NCBI GenBank assembly: GCA_051294375.1
Contig: CM119268.1
Location: 20,767,869 to 20,831,868, forward strand
Direction of reading: 5' to 3'
DNA: 64,000 bases
Source of the DNA: Paraspadella gotoi
Lineage: Eukaryota; Animalia; Chaetognatha
In this document: in pieces, positions 27,869 through 41,179 of the stretch
How the letters are laid out: each line of letters begins with the position of its first letter
Position numbering within the stretch: position 1 is the stretch's first letter
Made by a program: the position numbers and the translations under genes
The notes under the pieces: model-generated
The model's input: only the letters and a program-made list of their open reading frames with translations
Told to the model about the DNA's origin: nothing
The model's database searches: none

Positions 27869-28188
27869 CTGAAGAGAGAAAAATGGAAATATTAGTGTGA
27901 CACTGTTTTCGACGCTATCGGGCGACAAAAGGAATGACTGGCTGACCGACTGGCTTCATTATCTTAATAATACTATAACTATAAGATAAATTTATAACTA
28001 TCTAACTCTAGGTTTACAAAAAAGTAACAAAGAATCCAAAGAAAAAAGCGAGAGAAAAATGCAAAAAAATGAAAGAAAAAACAAATAAAAACGAAAAAGG
28101 ATGAAATATAGAAAATGGGGCGTGAAAAGAAAATGAGATAAAACAAAGAGAATGGAAAGAAAGAAAGAAAGAAATACGGGTCATAAAG

Positions 28189-28251
<63 letters not shown>

Positions 28252-28255
28252 AAAA

Positions 28256-28303
<48 letters not shown>

Positions 28304-28568
28304 AAAAATAAAAGACACAAATAAAGTAGGTTAAAATAAGCTTATGTTGGAAAAAAGGCATTTATCTTTAGTCTAATTATTGAATAGAAAAACATGAAAA
28401 CAAACAGAAAATAGAATAAAACAGACAAAGAAAAGAAAAGAAAGAAACAGATAATTGAAAGTAAACGATGCTGTCTTTATTTTTTCGCGTCTCTCTCTTC
28501 TGTCCCATTGACTTTTTTCTTTTTCATATTTTCTTTTCTTTTTTCTTTCATAATTTTTTTCTTCTTAC

Positions 28569-29130
28569 CTTCCTAAAGTCGGTGGAGAAATCCGATTTTC
28601 TCCTGGAGAGGTTTCTCCCAAGAGGCTTTGTAGTCGTCGTCGTCGTCGTCGTCGTCGTCGTCTTATCTTCTTTCCTCCTCTTCTCCTCGTTATCAATTTC
28701 GGCTTCTCTTTCATCGAGAGGCGCGATTAATTTCGTCCCCTCTCTCTCCTCTCTTTCCTCTTTCTTCTCTTTCTTTACTCTCTCCTCTCTTTCCTCTTTC
28801 TTCTCTTTCTTTACTCTCTCCTCTCTTTCCTCTTTCTTCTCTTTCTTTACTCTCTCCTCTCTTTCCTCTTTCTTCTCTTTCTTTACTCTCTCCTCTCTTT
28901 CCTCGTCTTTCTCTTTTTCTACTCTCTCTTCTTTCTCTCCTCTTTCCTCCCTTTCTCCACTATTAACTTTCCTTTCCTCCACTTTCTCCCTCTCCTTACT
29001 CTCTCCTTCCACGATTATCGTAATTGTCTCTGTCTCTCCTCCGCCTCTTTCTCCATCCTCCCCCTCTCCTTCATCTCCTCCTCCTCCCTCCTCCTCCCCT
29101 CCCCATGGCAACGTCAAAGGCGTCCCCGAT
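28569..29130 (-). CDS. E/K/R-rich repetitive exon upstream of the large exon
   Basis: Open frame with (EEREERVKKEKK)n, strong donor AAG|GTAAG at 28569, phase 0 matches the 27868 acceptor; 5' boundary unresolved. Confidence 0.6.
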
Positions 29131-29444
29131 CTTCCAGTTGGGTCATAACCGGGAATTCAACTTTTCGGTTGATTTTGGAGAAAAATCCAAATCGTGACGC
29201 CGATGACGATTGATGAGGCCGATGAAGCCGTAGATGACCCTGAGGGGGGGAATGAGGGTGGGAAGGTGGGGGAAGGGTAGGGAACGGGAAAGGGAATGAG
29301 GGTGGGGAAGGGTGGGAACAGGAAAGGGGAATGAGGGTGGGTACAAGAAAAGGGGAATGTGAATAGGGCAATTAGTAAAGGTAAGGTAATATTGGGATAT
29401 TGGTCAAGAAAAAAGGAGATTAGGTTCTGAAAAACTAAAAACGT

Positions 29445-29519
<75 letters not shown>

Positions 29520-31067
29520 CATTCTCTCATTTTCGACACACATCCATATCAATAACACCATCAAGGTAAGAGAAAGAAAGTTGGAAAAAATCAAGAAGCC
29601 AAATCCCCCCGCCCCAGCCGAAGTAAGAAAATAAAAAATTAACTGAAGCCGAAATTAATTATTGAGCGAAATTCTAAACTCGGCTTCTTCGGTCGTCGAC
29701 GAAAAAACGAAAAAAAAGGGAATCTCTTTATTCCTGAGGTTAATATTTTTTTGGTAGCGTCGAGAGAAGGAAAGAGCAGAAAGGGGGGGAATGGCAGGGC
29801 CTCGGGGAAGAGCAGGAGGGCGAGGGGGGGAGGCGAACCGACTGAGAAGATCAGTGGCCAACAGAATCGTGTGAGAATTCACTGAGTGGCTCAGTGAACT
29901 TTGCTTCGCTCGGTCAAGGATTGAAAAGTTCTAGAGTTTTGCGGTTAATTGTTAGCAATAACTTTTAAAGAAGACTGAGTTTAAAAGAAAATAGAATCAA
30001 AGCAAAGACCGGATTTTTTTTGGCCGGAGACACTTAATCTTGTTTGTCTGCACCTCACGTCAACGTCAAGAATCGTGGAAGTGATTAAGTTCAGTTTCGG
30101 TCATTGATGTGATAGTAATTAATTGTTTTGTCTCCCGCATATTTTGTGTATCGAATAAGTATCGTCTCACGAAAAGAGTCTGCGGGCAAAACATACAATT
30201 GGTTTTGATGAATGATGTTTTCTTGAGTCGAAATTTGTACGCGAACTTATCTCGGCTGACATTGACATCACAGTTTCTCGTCTATCACAGGTCGTACAGT
30301 CACAAAGAGTTGCTCGTATATCACGTCAATTTTACTTTTATTTGAACCAAACGAAAATGTGTCTCGCTCTCAAAAAAAAAGAAAAAAAATTATCTTCAAA
30401 ATATTTTTTTCTTCGGATCATATCGCTCCCTGTTTCTCCCTGTGATGTCTGCTGCTCCTCCTCTTCCTCCTCCTTTTCCACTTCCTCCTCCTTCTCCTCC
30501 ACCTTCTCCTCCTCCTCCTCCTCCTAATCCATTTCTTCGCGTTTTTTTTCTTTTTTTTCTTTTTAATCTTTTTTTTTTTTCATATTTTATCTCTTTTTTA
30601 TCCTTTTATTATCGTTCTTGTTGTTTTTTCTTGGTTTGAGAAGGGAAGAGAGAGAGAGAGAGAGAAGAGAGAGAGATGTAGAGAGAGAGAGCCCTCGTGG
30701 GAATCGCCTTGGGACGTTTCTTTCCTCTTGCTCGAAATCCTGTTGAAACTTGAAGAATGTTAGGAAGAAGGAAGAGAGGTAGAGAAAAGAAGATAGAGAC
30801 AGAGAGAGGTAAAAGAAAAGAGAGAGAGATAGAGAGGAAGGGGAAATGGGACGGATGAAAGAAGAGGAGAGGAAGAATGAACTGAATTGAGAAATGGAGG
30901 AAGATCAAAGAGAGAAAATGAAAAAAGAAAAATTGAAAATGAAAAAAGAAAAATGAAAAATATAAAAGGAGATAAAAGAAAAAATGAAAATGAAAAAAGA
31001 AAAAAGAAAAAAAAAGAGAAAGAAGGAAAGAAATAATAAGTGGCGTTTGAAGTTGGTGATTTGCCAT

Positions 31068-31139
31068 CTGGCAGATTAGCAGTTTGGCAGATTAGCAGTT
31101 TGGCAGATTAGCAGTTTGGCAGATTGGCAGTTTGGCAGA
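31068..31139. repeat. 16-bp tandem repeat (AGTTTGGCAGATTAGC)n
   Basis: 4-5 copies. Confidence 0.8.
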
Positions 31140-33355
31140 AATTGAGATTATCAGATTTTATATCAGGCAAATTGTCAAAATTTAATTTGGCAAATGTATT
31201 GATTTTGTGTTCAACATATGTTTCAAAATATTTCTGATGATTTTTTTTGGGGTTTTCAATTCAAAATCTGTATTATAAGCGCAAGTAGATTTTGACGAGA
31301 AATATTTTTGTCTGGGGAAAAAGAAAAAAAAGGAAAAGATATTGACGTCTAAACTGGGTCAGCTAAGATGCAACTTAGGACAGTCAAAGGAAAACAAAAA
31401 AGCGTCTCAGATGGCGAAGGCTCAGTTAAAGAACCGACGAAAGAAAAGAAAAGAAAAAAAAAACCTTAAATGGGAAAGAAAAGGGTCGAGTTAGTTTAGG
31501 CAAAAGAGAGAGAAAAAAATGGCGGCCAAAGTAAATGAGGAAAGGAAAGAGAAAAAAAAAGAAGCTGATGCTTTGGGTTAATTCGATTGGAACTGGAAAC
31601 TCTGTGGACGATCGAATTCGTTTGAGAGAAAAACCTAGGAAGGGAGGGTCGAGATGGAAATAGGAAGAGGGGAATAGAGAAAGAGGGAAAGGGAAAGGAA
31701 AGAAAGGGAAGAGGGGAAATGGAAAAGAAAGGGAAAAGGAAGGAGGGAGAAAGGAAAGAAAAATATGGATGGAAAAAGGGAAAAAAGGGAAATGAGGGGA
31801 AAATGGAAAAGAAATTGCAAAGAAAAAGGAGGGGAAAGGAAAGGAGGAAAAGGGGAAAAATGTAAAAGAAAGTGAAAATAAAAGGAGAAGAGAGAGAAAA
31901 AATTTAAAAGTATTAGACAATAAACAATAACATGTCGATTAAAGTACTTATTAATCAAATTAGACTAATAATAATAAATAAACCATTGATTAACAATAAC
32001 AGTTAAAGTTAAAACATACGAGGGCTATTCCTAAGGTTGAAAAGGAAATTATCGTTCACATAGTCTTTTCATACAATTGAAACATTCTTTGAAACATTAT
32101 ACCACTTCATTGATAGGGAAGCCAGGTTACAGGTACTCTGGGAATGAATAAACGAGACTGTGAGAAAGTCTTGATTGAAAGCTTGCAGGGACCTGCTATG
32201 TTATTATCTTGTAAGAGTGATGGAGGCCTTAAACCACCAAAGCCTGTCCAAAGTCAGGGGCAAGATAGCTTATTTATTAAATGAATGGACAATTTTTATA
32301 TTGGTTGTACCAATTTCATATGAGAAAAGGAAAACTGACCGAAATCTTAAAAAAGAACAAAACAAAAGAACAAATAAACAAAAAAGAAAAAAAGAAAAAA
32401 GTGAAAGAGAAAACAAGTCTGTGGTTCAGGAGCGAAGACTAATTGAGAAGATGGAATTAAGCGGATCGAATCTCCTTTTTCTCATTTCCACCTTTTTACT
32501 TTCTTTTCTTTCCGCCTTTTCTTTTCTTTCCGCCTTTTCTTCTCTTTCCGCCTTTTCTTTTCTTTCCTCGTTTTCTTTTATTTTTTATCTTTTCTTTTCT
32601 TTCCGCCTTTTCTTTTCTTTCCGCCTTTTCTTTTCTTTCTTCCTTTTCTTTTCTTTTTTATCTTTTCTTTATTTTTTTATCTTTTCTCTTCTTTCCTCCT
32701 TTTCTTTCCTTTCCTTCTTTTTTCCTTTCTTTCATCCCATTTTTTTTCATTATTTTTTCATTTTTTTCATTTTGTTCCTTGTTTCTTGGAAGGGCAAAAA
32801 CGACGCGACGACGATGACGACGACGACGACGACGAAATTAAAACAACAACAAATTTAACAAAAACTTACAACCGCAACAACTTACAACAGCAACAACTTA
32901 CAACAGCAACAACTTACANNNNNNNNNNNNNNNNNNNNNNNNNNNNNNNNNNNNNNNNNNNNNNNNNNNNNNNNNNNNNNNNNNNNNNNNNNNNNNNNNN
33001 NNNNNNNNNNNNNNNNNNNNNNNNNNNNNNNNNNNNNNNNNNNNNNNNNNNNNNNNNNNNNNNNNNNNNNNNNNNNNNNNNNNNNNNNNNNNNNNNNNNN
33101 NNNNNNNNNNNNNNNNNNNNNNNNNNNNNNNNNNNNNNNNNNNNNNNNNNNNNNNNNNNNNNNNNNNNNAAAATATCACGACAACCACAATGACGAAGAC
33201 CTTGACCACAACGACGACCACAATAACGACAACATCAAACACAACAACGACCGCAACAGCGATTACGTTGACCACAACATCGACCACAATTACGACAACG
33301 TCGACCACAACGACGACCACAACGACGATCACAAACGGCCAAGTTTTTCTCGCAC

Positions 33356-33423
33356 CTGGACGAAAAAGCTCGAAACCCGATTGGCTTAGAAAAATCTCGT
33401 GATTAAACTTCAGCGAGATTAAT
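33356..33423 (-). CDS. Candidate internal exon
   Basis: ccgaag|LISLKFNHEIFLSQSGFELFRP|gtgcg; phase-2 start compatible with the exon ending at 34630. Confidence 0.45.
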
Positions 33424-34629
33424 CTTCGGGGAGAGAGACCGAGGAAACAGCGTCGAATTGACGGAGAAATGACCGGGAATTAGAGGCGAAATGATGGGGG
33501 AATTGAAGGCGAAATGATGGGGGNNNNNNNNNNNNNNNNNNNNNNNNNNNNNNNNNNNNNNNNNNNNNNNNNNNNNNNNNNNNNNNNNNNNNNNNNNNNN
33601 NNNNNNNNNNNNNNNNNNNNNNNNNNNNNNNNNNNNNNNNNNNNNNNNNNNNNNNNNNNNNNNNNNNNNNNNNNNNNNNNNNNNNNNNNNNNNNNNNNNN
33701 NNNNNNNNNNNNNNNNNNNNNNNNNNNNNNNNNNNNNNNNNNNNNNNNNNNNNNNNNNNNNNNNNNNNNNNNNNNNNNNNNNNNNNNNNNNNNNNNNNNN
33801 NNNNNNNNNNNNNNNNNNNNNNNNNNNNNNNNNNNNNNNNNNNNNNNNNNNNNNNNNNNNNNNNNNNNNNNNNNNNNNNNNNNNNNNNNNNNNNNNNNNN
33901 NNNNNNNNNNNNNNNNNNNNNNNNNNNNNNNNNNNNNNNNNNNNNNNNNNNNNNNNNNNNNNNNNNNNNNNNNNNNNNNNNNNNNNNNNNNNNNNNNNNN
34001 NNNNNNNNNNNNNNNNNNNNNNNNNNNNNNNNNNNNNNNNNNNNNNNNNNNNNNNNNNNNNNNNNNNNNNNNNNNNNNNNNNNNNNNNNNNNNNNNNNNN
34101 NNNNNNNNNNNNNNNNNNNNNNNNNNNNNNNNNNNNNNNNNNNNNNNNNNNNNNNNNNNNNNNNNNNNNNNNNNNNNNNNNNNNNNNNNNNNNNNNNNNN
34201 NNNNNNNNNNNNNNNNNNNNNNNNNNNNNNNNNNNNNNNNNNNNNNNNNNNNNNNNNNNNNNNCGAAATGACGGCGAATTGAAGGCGAAATGATGGGGGA
34301 ATTGAAGGCGAATAAAAGGTTCACCTTTTATACCTTTTTTATTTTTAAAAAAGCTTTAGAATTTATGGAAGCTTGAGAATTGTTTAGATTAATAGAAAAA
34401 AGAAGAAAAGTATTTTCTTTAAATTTTTTATTCAAGAATTTGAACTTATAATAGTAAAAATTTTTATTCTTGGACATCAAAAATGATCATGGGGCTTTTG
34501 ACCTTGTCGATAAATCTACCAATCCTCACCAACGCATCTGCCCCCCATCATCTTCCTCGGTCTTTTTACTACCCCAACCCACCCTCTTTGATCACCCATT
34601 GATCACCCAATCAATCACCCATCGCTCAC

Positions 34630-35303
34630 CCGATCACCAAATAGGAAGGAACGAAATCTTCCGCCGAATCAGATTTGGGCAAAAGTTCCACGAGTCTTTC
34701 GCTGCCTGAGATGAGGAAAGAGGGAAAGGAACGGGTAAGGGAGACGAAAGCGAGACTGACCTTCCTAACAATTATCCCGCCATGAATGTTTAATTCGTGC
34801 CATTTAGTTGTCTCACCAGTTGGGAGCAAAAAGAGATGTCAAAATGACACAGAGTCACTTGTCCATTTAATTTCATCAATTTCTTAAAATCTTTTCAAAC
34901 TTTTAAACTTAAAAATGAAAAGCAATCAGAATGACGCAAGACCTCAACTGTTTTTATTATAAACTTCTGGAAAAGATTTTATGTGGTTTATATTTTAGGA
35001 TCTTTGCTCCTTAATAAGGATGTTCGATCATTTTCCCAAATAAGTAAAAAAAAATATAAATCAGTGAAAATTGGACTTGGATGAAATCTCACCGCTGCCT
35101 TGTTTCTTGTAAGAAGATCCTTTCTTCTTTTTGGCGCGACGTCCGCCTCCGCCGTCGACGAGAACGACTAAAAAAATTGATTAATTCATTGATTGGTTGA
35201 TCAAACGACTGCTTGATTGATTGCTGTTGAACTCACTCTGTAACAACAGCAACATCAAAACGACGACGACGAAGTGACGAGACGAGATCGGATTCGAGTT
35301 CAT
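34630..35303 (-). CDS. First three exons of a secreted protein (probable 5' end of the low-complexity gene)
   Basis: Exons 35303-35237, 35167-35093, 34705-34630, all GTGAG donors, phases consistent: MNSNPISSRHFVVVVLMLLLLQIVLVDG-GGGRRAKKKKGSSYKKQGSGSERLVELLPKSDSAEDFVPSYLVIG; signal-peptide-like N-terminus. Confidence 0.7.
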
Positions 35304-35682
35304 CTTCTTTATTTCTTTGTTTTTTTTTTTTGTTTTCTCTTTGTTTTGTTCGTCCGTTTTGTTTCCTGTTTTCCGCTGTTTATATTCCTCTGTTGTTGTT
35401 GTTTTTTTTTTCTAATTCAATATCCTTATTTTTTTAGTTTTTTTGTTTCTCTGTTTCTTAAGTTTTTTACTTCTTTTTTTTTCTCCTTGTGATCGATTCT
35501 GGTTTTTTTCCTGTTTTCTCCCGAACGAGTTTTGTTTTCATGTTCGATCTTCGTTTTGTCGAAGCTTAATTATATCACGAAATTCGATTAATGACTTTGG
35601 TCTTAACGAGATGAATTTTTTATCAATACTTTCTTCTTGTTAATTCAAGTGGAGACGTGTGGCGTCTTCAGTTCAGTTAGAC

Positions 35683-35790
<108 letters not shown>

Positions 35791-36365
35791 CTATCAATTA
35801 CCTCACTGTGAATTGAACTCACAGAGGTGAATCGATGCAAATACAGAGAGTGAGACAATTAAAAAAACTCTGTTTGTCTGCGCAATATTTTCTTATTTGG
35901 TTACCAGGGTTAATATTTCTATTTAAAGAGCAATATGCAATATAGCAATATAGCAGAGAGAGACAGAGTCAAAGATTAAAATCGCTTCAATTTTGTTAAA
36001 CGTTGACAAAAATGTTTACTAGATGAAATCGGTTTTGTATTAATACTAATAACTAATAAGTATTATAGCAATGAGCTATGTTATAACGAAGAAAGACGTT
36101 ATATTTATCTTATAGTTTTTAAATTCAGTTAATTGTGATTGGTTTCTTTTTTTGTGATGGTTAAATAAAAAAATAATTCAAGAAAAAAAAATAGAAAAGT
36201 GAGAAGCAAAAGACTTTTGCTTTGAGTCCCCTATCATCTAAAGCTCGCTGGTTTTTTTCTTGATTGGTTTAATTCAATTGCTTCTCTTTCTCTCTCTTTC
36301 TCTCTCTCTCTCTCGTGAGCCCGTGCGCCGAGGGCTTCGATTAGCCAACGAATCTCCTCCTCTCT

Positions 36366-36396
<31 letters not shown>

Positions 36397-36423
36397 AATT
36401 AATTCATATGTCCTTATTAACAG

Positions 36424-39400
36424 GATGCCTTCCCACTGGGGACGTCCGTAAAGTGATCAAGGCATACAATACGGTTTTCAAGTTGAATCTACCAGGTTCG
36501 TTTATTTTTGTACTATTTATTGTTATAACTATTTTGTATTGGACGTATGTACAGTTCAGAAATTTTTACACTACGTAGCTCTAAGTACTTGAACTTTTAT
36601 CATTTTATAACTGAATTAAATATTAAATCTCTTTATTTTCTGCGGTTAGAGTTGAAAACGGGAAGCATGAAAAAAAAACTTTTTTCCAAATCGAATTAAA
36701 AAAGAAAAGGAATAAAAATCTAACTTTGCTAATTAAAGAAACGACGTTAGTAAAACTCAAGTTCTTAACAAAGTATAAATCAATTAGCTCACGTGACGCA
36801 ATGGAAAATAAAGTTTTTTTTCTTTTTCTACGTTTTACAATTCATTTAATTCAACTTATATATATTTAGTTTTTATTAATCTTAATTCTATTCGACGGTT
36901 CTTTTTTCTTTCTTATTTTTTTTTCTTTTTCTTTCTTTTCCTTTTTCGTTTCCGTTTATTTTCTTTTAATCATCAAATCCTCCTTTTTTCCTTCTTCCCT
37001 TTTTCCTCATAATCCTTTCCTCCCTTCTTTTTAAGGTGAGCAGGGATGTGGATGGGGCAGGTGGGTTGAGTCAGTGAGTTTGCGATGGGGAGCCAAGGCT
37101 CGGGAAGGGGCCGGCGGGGAGGTTGAGTCAGGGATGTGGATGGGCAGTGGGTTATAGGAGTCCAGTGATTTGGATGGGGAGCAAGGCTCGGGAAGGGGCG
37201 GGGAGGTGATCAGGGATGTGGATGGGGCAGTGGGTTGAGTCAGTGGTTTGGAAGGGGAGCAAGGCTCGGGAAGGGGCGGTGAGGTGAGTCAGGGATGTGG
37301 ATGGGGCAGGTGGGTTTGGCAGTCTGAGTGATTTGGATGACGAGCAAGGCTCGGGAAGGGGCGGAGGTAGTCAGGGATCTGGATGGGCCAGGTGGGTGTG
37401 AGTACAGTGAATTTGGATGGGGAGCGAGGCTCGGGAAGGGCGGGGAGGAGAGGTCAGGGGNNNNNNNNNNNNNNNNNNNNNNNNNNNNNNNNNNNNNNNN
37501 NNNNNNNNNNNNNNNNNNNNNNNNNNNNNNNNNNNNNNNNNNNNNNNNNNNNNNNNNNNNNNNNNNNNNNNNNNNNNNNNNNNNNNNNNNNNNNNNNNNN
37601 NNNNNNNNNNNNNNNNNNNNNNNNNNNNNNNNNNNNNNNNNNNNNNNNNNNNNNNNNNNNNNNNNNNNNNNNNNNNNNNNNNNNNNNNNNNNNNNNNNNN
37701 NNNNNNNNNNNNNNNNNNNNNNNNNNNNNNNNNNNNNNNNNNNNNNNNNNNNNNNNNNNNNNNNNNNNNNNNNNNNNNNNNNNNNNNNNNNNNNNNNNNN
37801 NNNNNNNNNNNNNNNNNNNNNNNNNNNNNNNNNNNNNNNNNNNNNNNNNNNNNNNNNNNNNNNNNNNNNNNNNNNNNNNNNNNNNNNNNNNNNNNNNNNN
37901 NNNNNNNNNNNNNNNNNNNNNNNNNNNNNNNNNNNNNNNNNNNNNNNNNNNNNNNNNNNNNNNNNNNNNNNNNNNNNNNNNNNNNNNNNNNNNNNNNNNN
38001 NNNNNNNNNNNNNNNNNNNNNNNNNNNNNNNNNNNNNNNNNNNNNNNNNNNNNNNNNNNNNNNNNNNNNNNNNNNNNNNNNNNNNNNNNNNNNNNNNNNN
38101 NNNNNNNNNNNNNNNNNNNNNNNNNNNNNNNNNNNNNNNNNNNNNNNNNNNNNNNNNNNNNNNNNNNNNNNNNNNNNNNNNNNNNNNNNNNNNNNNNNNN
38201 NNNNNNNNNNNNNNNNNNNNNNNNNNNNNNNNNNNNNNNNNNNNNNNNNNNNNNNNNNNNNNNNNNNNNNNNNNNNNNNNNNNNNNNNNNNNNNNNNNNN
38301 NNNNNNNNNNNNNNNNNNNNNNNNNNNNNNNNNNNNNNNNNNNNNNNNNNNNNNNTAGCCTTTCTTTCCTTTCCCCCACTCATCATGTACATTCATCCCT
38401 TCCCACCCTCCCTCTGTGAATGGGGCAGGTTTTTCAACAATTATGTGATATACTTTTTTCCTAGAGAGTAATAACAAGAAAATGAGAAAATGAATGTTTT
38501 TTTAAAATTCCAACTATTCTTTGTTCCTCCCATAAACCGATGAATTTCATTTTTAAGAGAAGAGAATCCAATCATCTTTTCAGCGCGTAATTTGAAATCG
38601 TTTTTCGATAGATAATTTTGAAGAAATTGAAGAAATTGAAAGAAAGAAAAAGGGAAAGGGAAAGATGAGTGACAATAAAGGAAATAAAAATGAGGAATTT
38701 AAGAAATTTATCGATTTCACACTGGAGATAAATTTTTTTGGATTTCAGGCGAATCTTGTCGCGAACAGGAGCATCAACAACAACAACATCAACAACAACA
38801 ACCACAACCACAACAGTTGAAGCAACAGCATCAACGAGATCTTGTCGATCAGCAGAACCATAAAGTTCTAGGTTCGATCCCTGAGGAAGACCGAATTAAT
38901 TCTTCTCTTATAAAAAAAAATCGCATTATTCAAAGTGTTTTGTATGAGTAGTTTTTATTGAATAAAATCTAAGGACTACAACTGTGCATATTTATCGATT
39001 CGCATTTAGTTTCACTTTAAATTTACTATTTTTATTCCTTCTCTCCCGCTTTTTTAAATTATACTATTATAAAGTTTAGATGCAATTTAATTTATTTACG
39101 TATTTCATTATCCAATATTCCAGCGTCGACGCCGCCCACTTCCTCCTGCTGCCCTCTGCTCCCGTCTACCGGAGCCGCGTCGATGACTTCGCCGCCGCCG
39201 CCGCCCCTCTCGTTTGAAGGCCCTCAGCCCCGCCCCCTCGCCCCCTCGCCGCGCCCCACCCCTTCCGCAGCCGATTCAACGGCAGCTGCTTCGATCGTCC
39301 GCTGCTCCGCTGCCACCCCTCGTCCGTCCACGACGGTCCATTCGCCCACATCTGTTTCCTCAATTTCCACAGCATCGAATCTTCCATTGATGTCAAACTC

Positions 39401-40072
39401 AACTGGCCCCATCGAGGGCATCGATCCAAATGCCTCTGATTTAGAAGCGTCTTCCAACCCGAATCCATTATCTTTTCAGCCACCCGTCTTCCCTTCGCTG
39501 CCCCCACTTCCGCCATCTGTTTTTCCCGCCAACTTTTCCCGCAGCCTCAACAATCTCCACAGCGGCTATCCGATTTTCTCCTGCTCCACCACTGCCTCAG
39601 CCGCAGCGAGAGACCGATCCGTCGATCAGAGCTGGCGGCGCAGCGGCTATGATGGCTCCGTCGCGTCGGCTGCCGCTGAGGAGGATGAGAAGCGATGGCG
39701 TGAATCAATGGCCCGCCTGCTTCATCGCCAGGCTGTCGACGCCCACCTGATCCAGACGGGAGCCACGCCTCCAGCCACGCCTCACACGCCGCTGCAGCGC
39801 CGCGAACAGGCACAGATGGCGCAGTTGCAGCTGGCGGTGCGGCAGCGAGAAGCGATGCAGCGGCAGCAGCAAATGCGGCGCCGTTCTTGCGATCGATATG
39901 GCGATGAGACGATTGAAAAGGACTTTGCCCCCGATCCTCGTAAGATGGCGCCGTCGCTAAGCAACCGCACGCCGTCGCTTAGCAACCGTACGCGGTCGCT
40001 CAGCAACCGAAGCCGCAGTCAGGGAGAAATCGACTCGAGGAGCGATTCCTCCTTCGATCCTCTCGAAATTGA

Positions 40073-40104
<32 letters not shown>

Positions 40105-40223
40105 ATGACGACGTGTCGAGAGGTTATCGGGTGATTCCGAGAAACAGGGACGAAGATGACAATGGGAGAAAACCCTGTAACGGAGCGGAAATCGTCGGAA
40201 ACGGGATGGGACTGTTTGTGTGA
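36424..40223 (+). CDS. 3' exons of a Q/P/S-rich, probably disordered protein of unknown function
   Basis: Phase-1 exons 36424-36495 (GCLPTGDVRKVIKAYNTVFKLNLP), 38749-38871 (poly-Q) and 39124-40223 (S/P-rich, ORF 39183-40223, TGA); AATAAA near 40445; start not found. Confidence 0.7.
37035..37460. repeat. G-rich intronic minisatellite, about 75-bp unit, running into a gap
   Basis: CAGGGATGTGGATGGGGCAG...GCAAGGCTCGGGAAGGGGCGG repeated about 5 times. Confidence 0.85.
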
Positions 40224-40264
40224 TGAATCCCTCTCTCTCTCTCTCTCTCTCTCCCTCTCTCTCT

Positions 40265-40365
<101 letters not shown>

Positions 40366-40902
40366 TCTCTTCTTCTCATCTAACTCTCTCTCTCTCTCTC
40401 CCTTTTTTTCTCTCTCTCTCTTGTACCATAAATATTATTGAAATAATAAAATTCACTCTGTGGTTATCAATATCTTTTTCCAATAACGTGTTTAGACTAT
40501 GTTTTCATACTGTTGTTTACACGTTCATACCCGAAACCGGTCAGAAAATCGTTTTTGATTTGGAAACTTGAAAAAAAGACACTTTTGGTAATGATACGTA
40601 TTAATTTTCCCCGAAAATTTTTTGGACTGAAGACGAAAAATTTTTTTTTTTTGGAATTGATTTGGATTTTTTGAAATTCGCTTAGAAAATTCGTTAATAT
40701 TGTTATTTCACTTGTTGGGGTAAAAAAGGAGAAAAAAATCCCTTCGCTTATTTCTTGATGGTTTTTAATTCAAAATTCAGAATTGATTCATATCTTTGTC
40801 AACATTGTGTACATATTGTTTATCAAATAAAAGTCTTTCCTAGTTTTAATGCTTTAAGAAACGTCGTCTTTTTTGTTTTTTGTTTTTTTTAGTTTACTTA
40901 GA

Positions 40903-41179
40903 TTCATAGAATCACGACTCATTTTCATAGAATCACCACTCATTTTCATAGAATCACGACTCATTTTCATAGAATCACCACTCATTTTCATAGGATCACG
41001 ACTCATTTTCATAGAATCACCACTCATTTTCATAGAATCACGACTCATTTTCATAGAATCACAACTCATTTTCATAGAATCACAACTCATTTTCATAGAA
41101 TCACCACTCATTTTCATAGAATCACCACTCATTTTTATAGAATCACGACTCATTTTCATAGAATCACGACTCATTTTTC
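40903..41179. repeat. 21-bp tandem repeat (TTCATAGAATCACGACTCATT)n, 13 copies
   Basis: Direct reading; explains ORFs 40854-41174 and 40873-41202. Confidence 0.92.

Noticed and set aside
25055-27895. Plus-strand ORFs overlapping the 967-aa ORF
   Set aside because: Antisense shadows of a GC-rich repetitive exon.
29878-29898. Perfect hairpin TTCACTGAG-TGG-CTCAGTGAA
   Set aside because: A single 9-bp stem with no family or functional context.
32016-32320. Mariner-like TACGAGGG terminus
   Set aside because: No matching inverted end or transposase ORF visible.
32175-32858. 227-aa ORF or antisense KAERKE/KGGKKR repeat exon
   Set aside because: Low-complexity; all three minus frames from the nearest acceptor hit stops.
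37240-38477. Long ORFs spanning N runs (also near 0.5-1.4, 7-8.3, 19.7-21, 33-34.3 and 63 kb)
   Set aside because: Open only because of assembly gaps.
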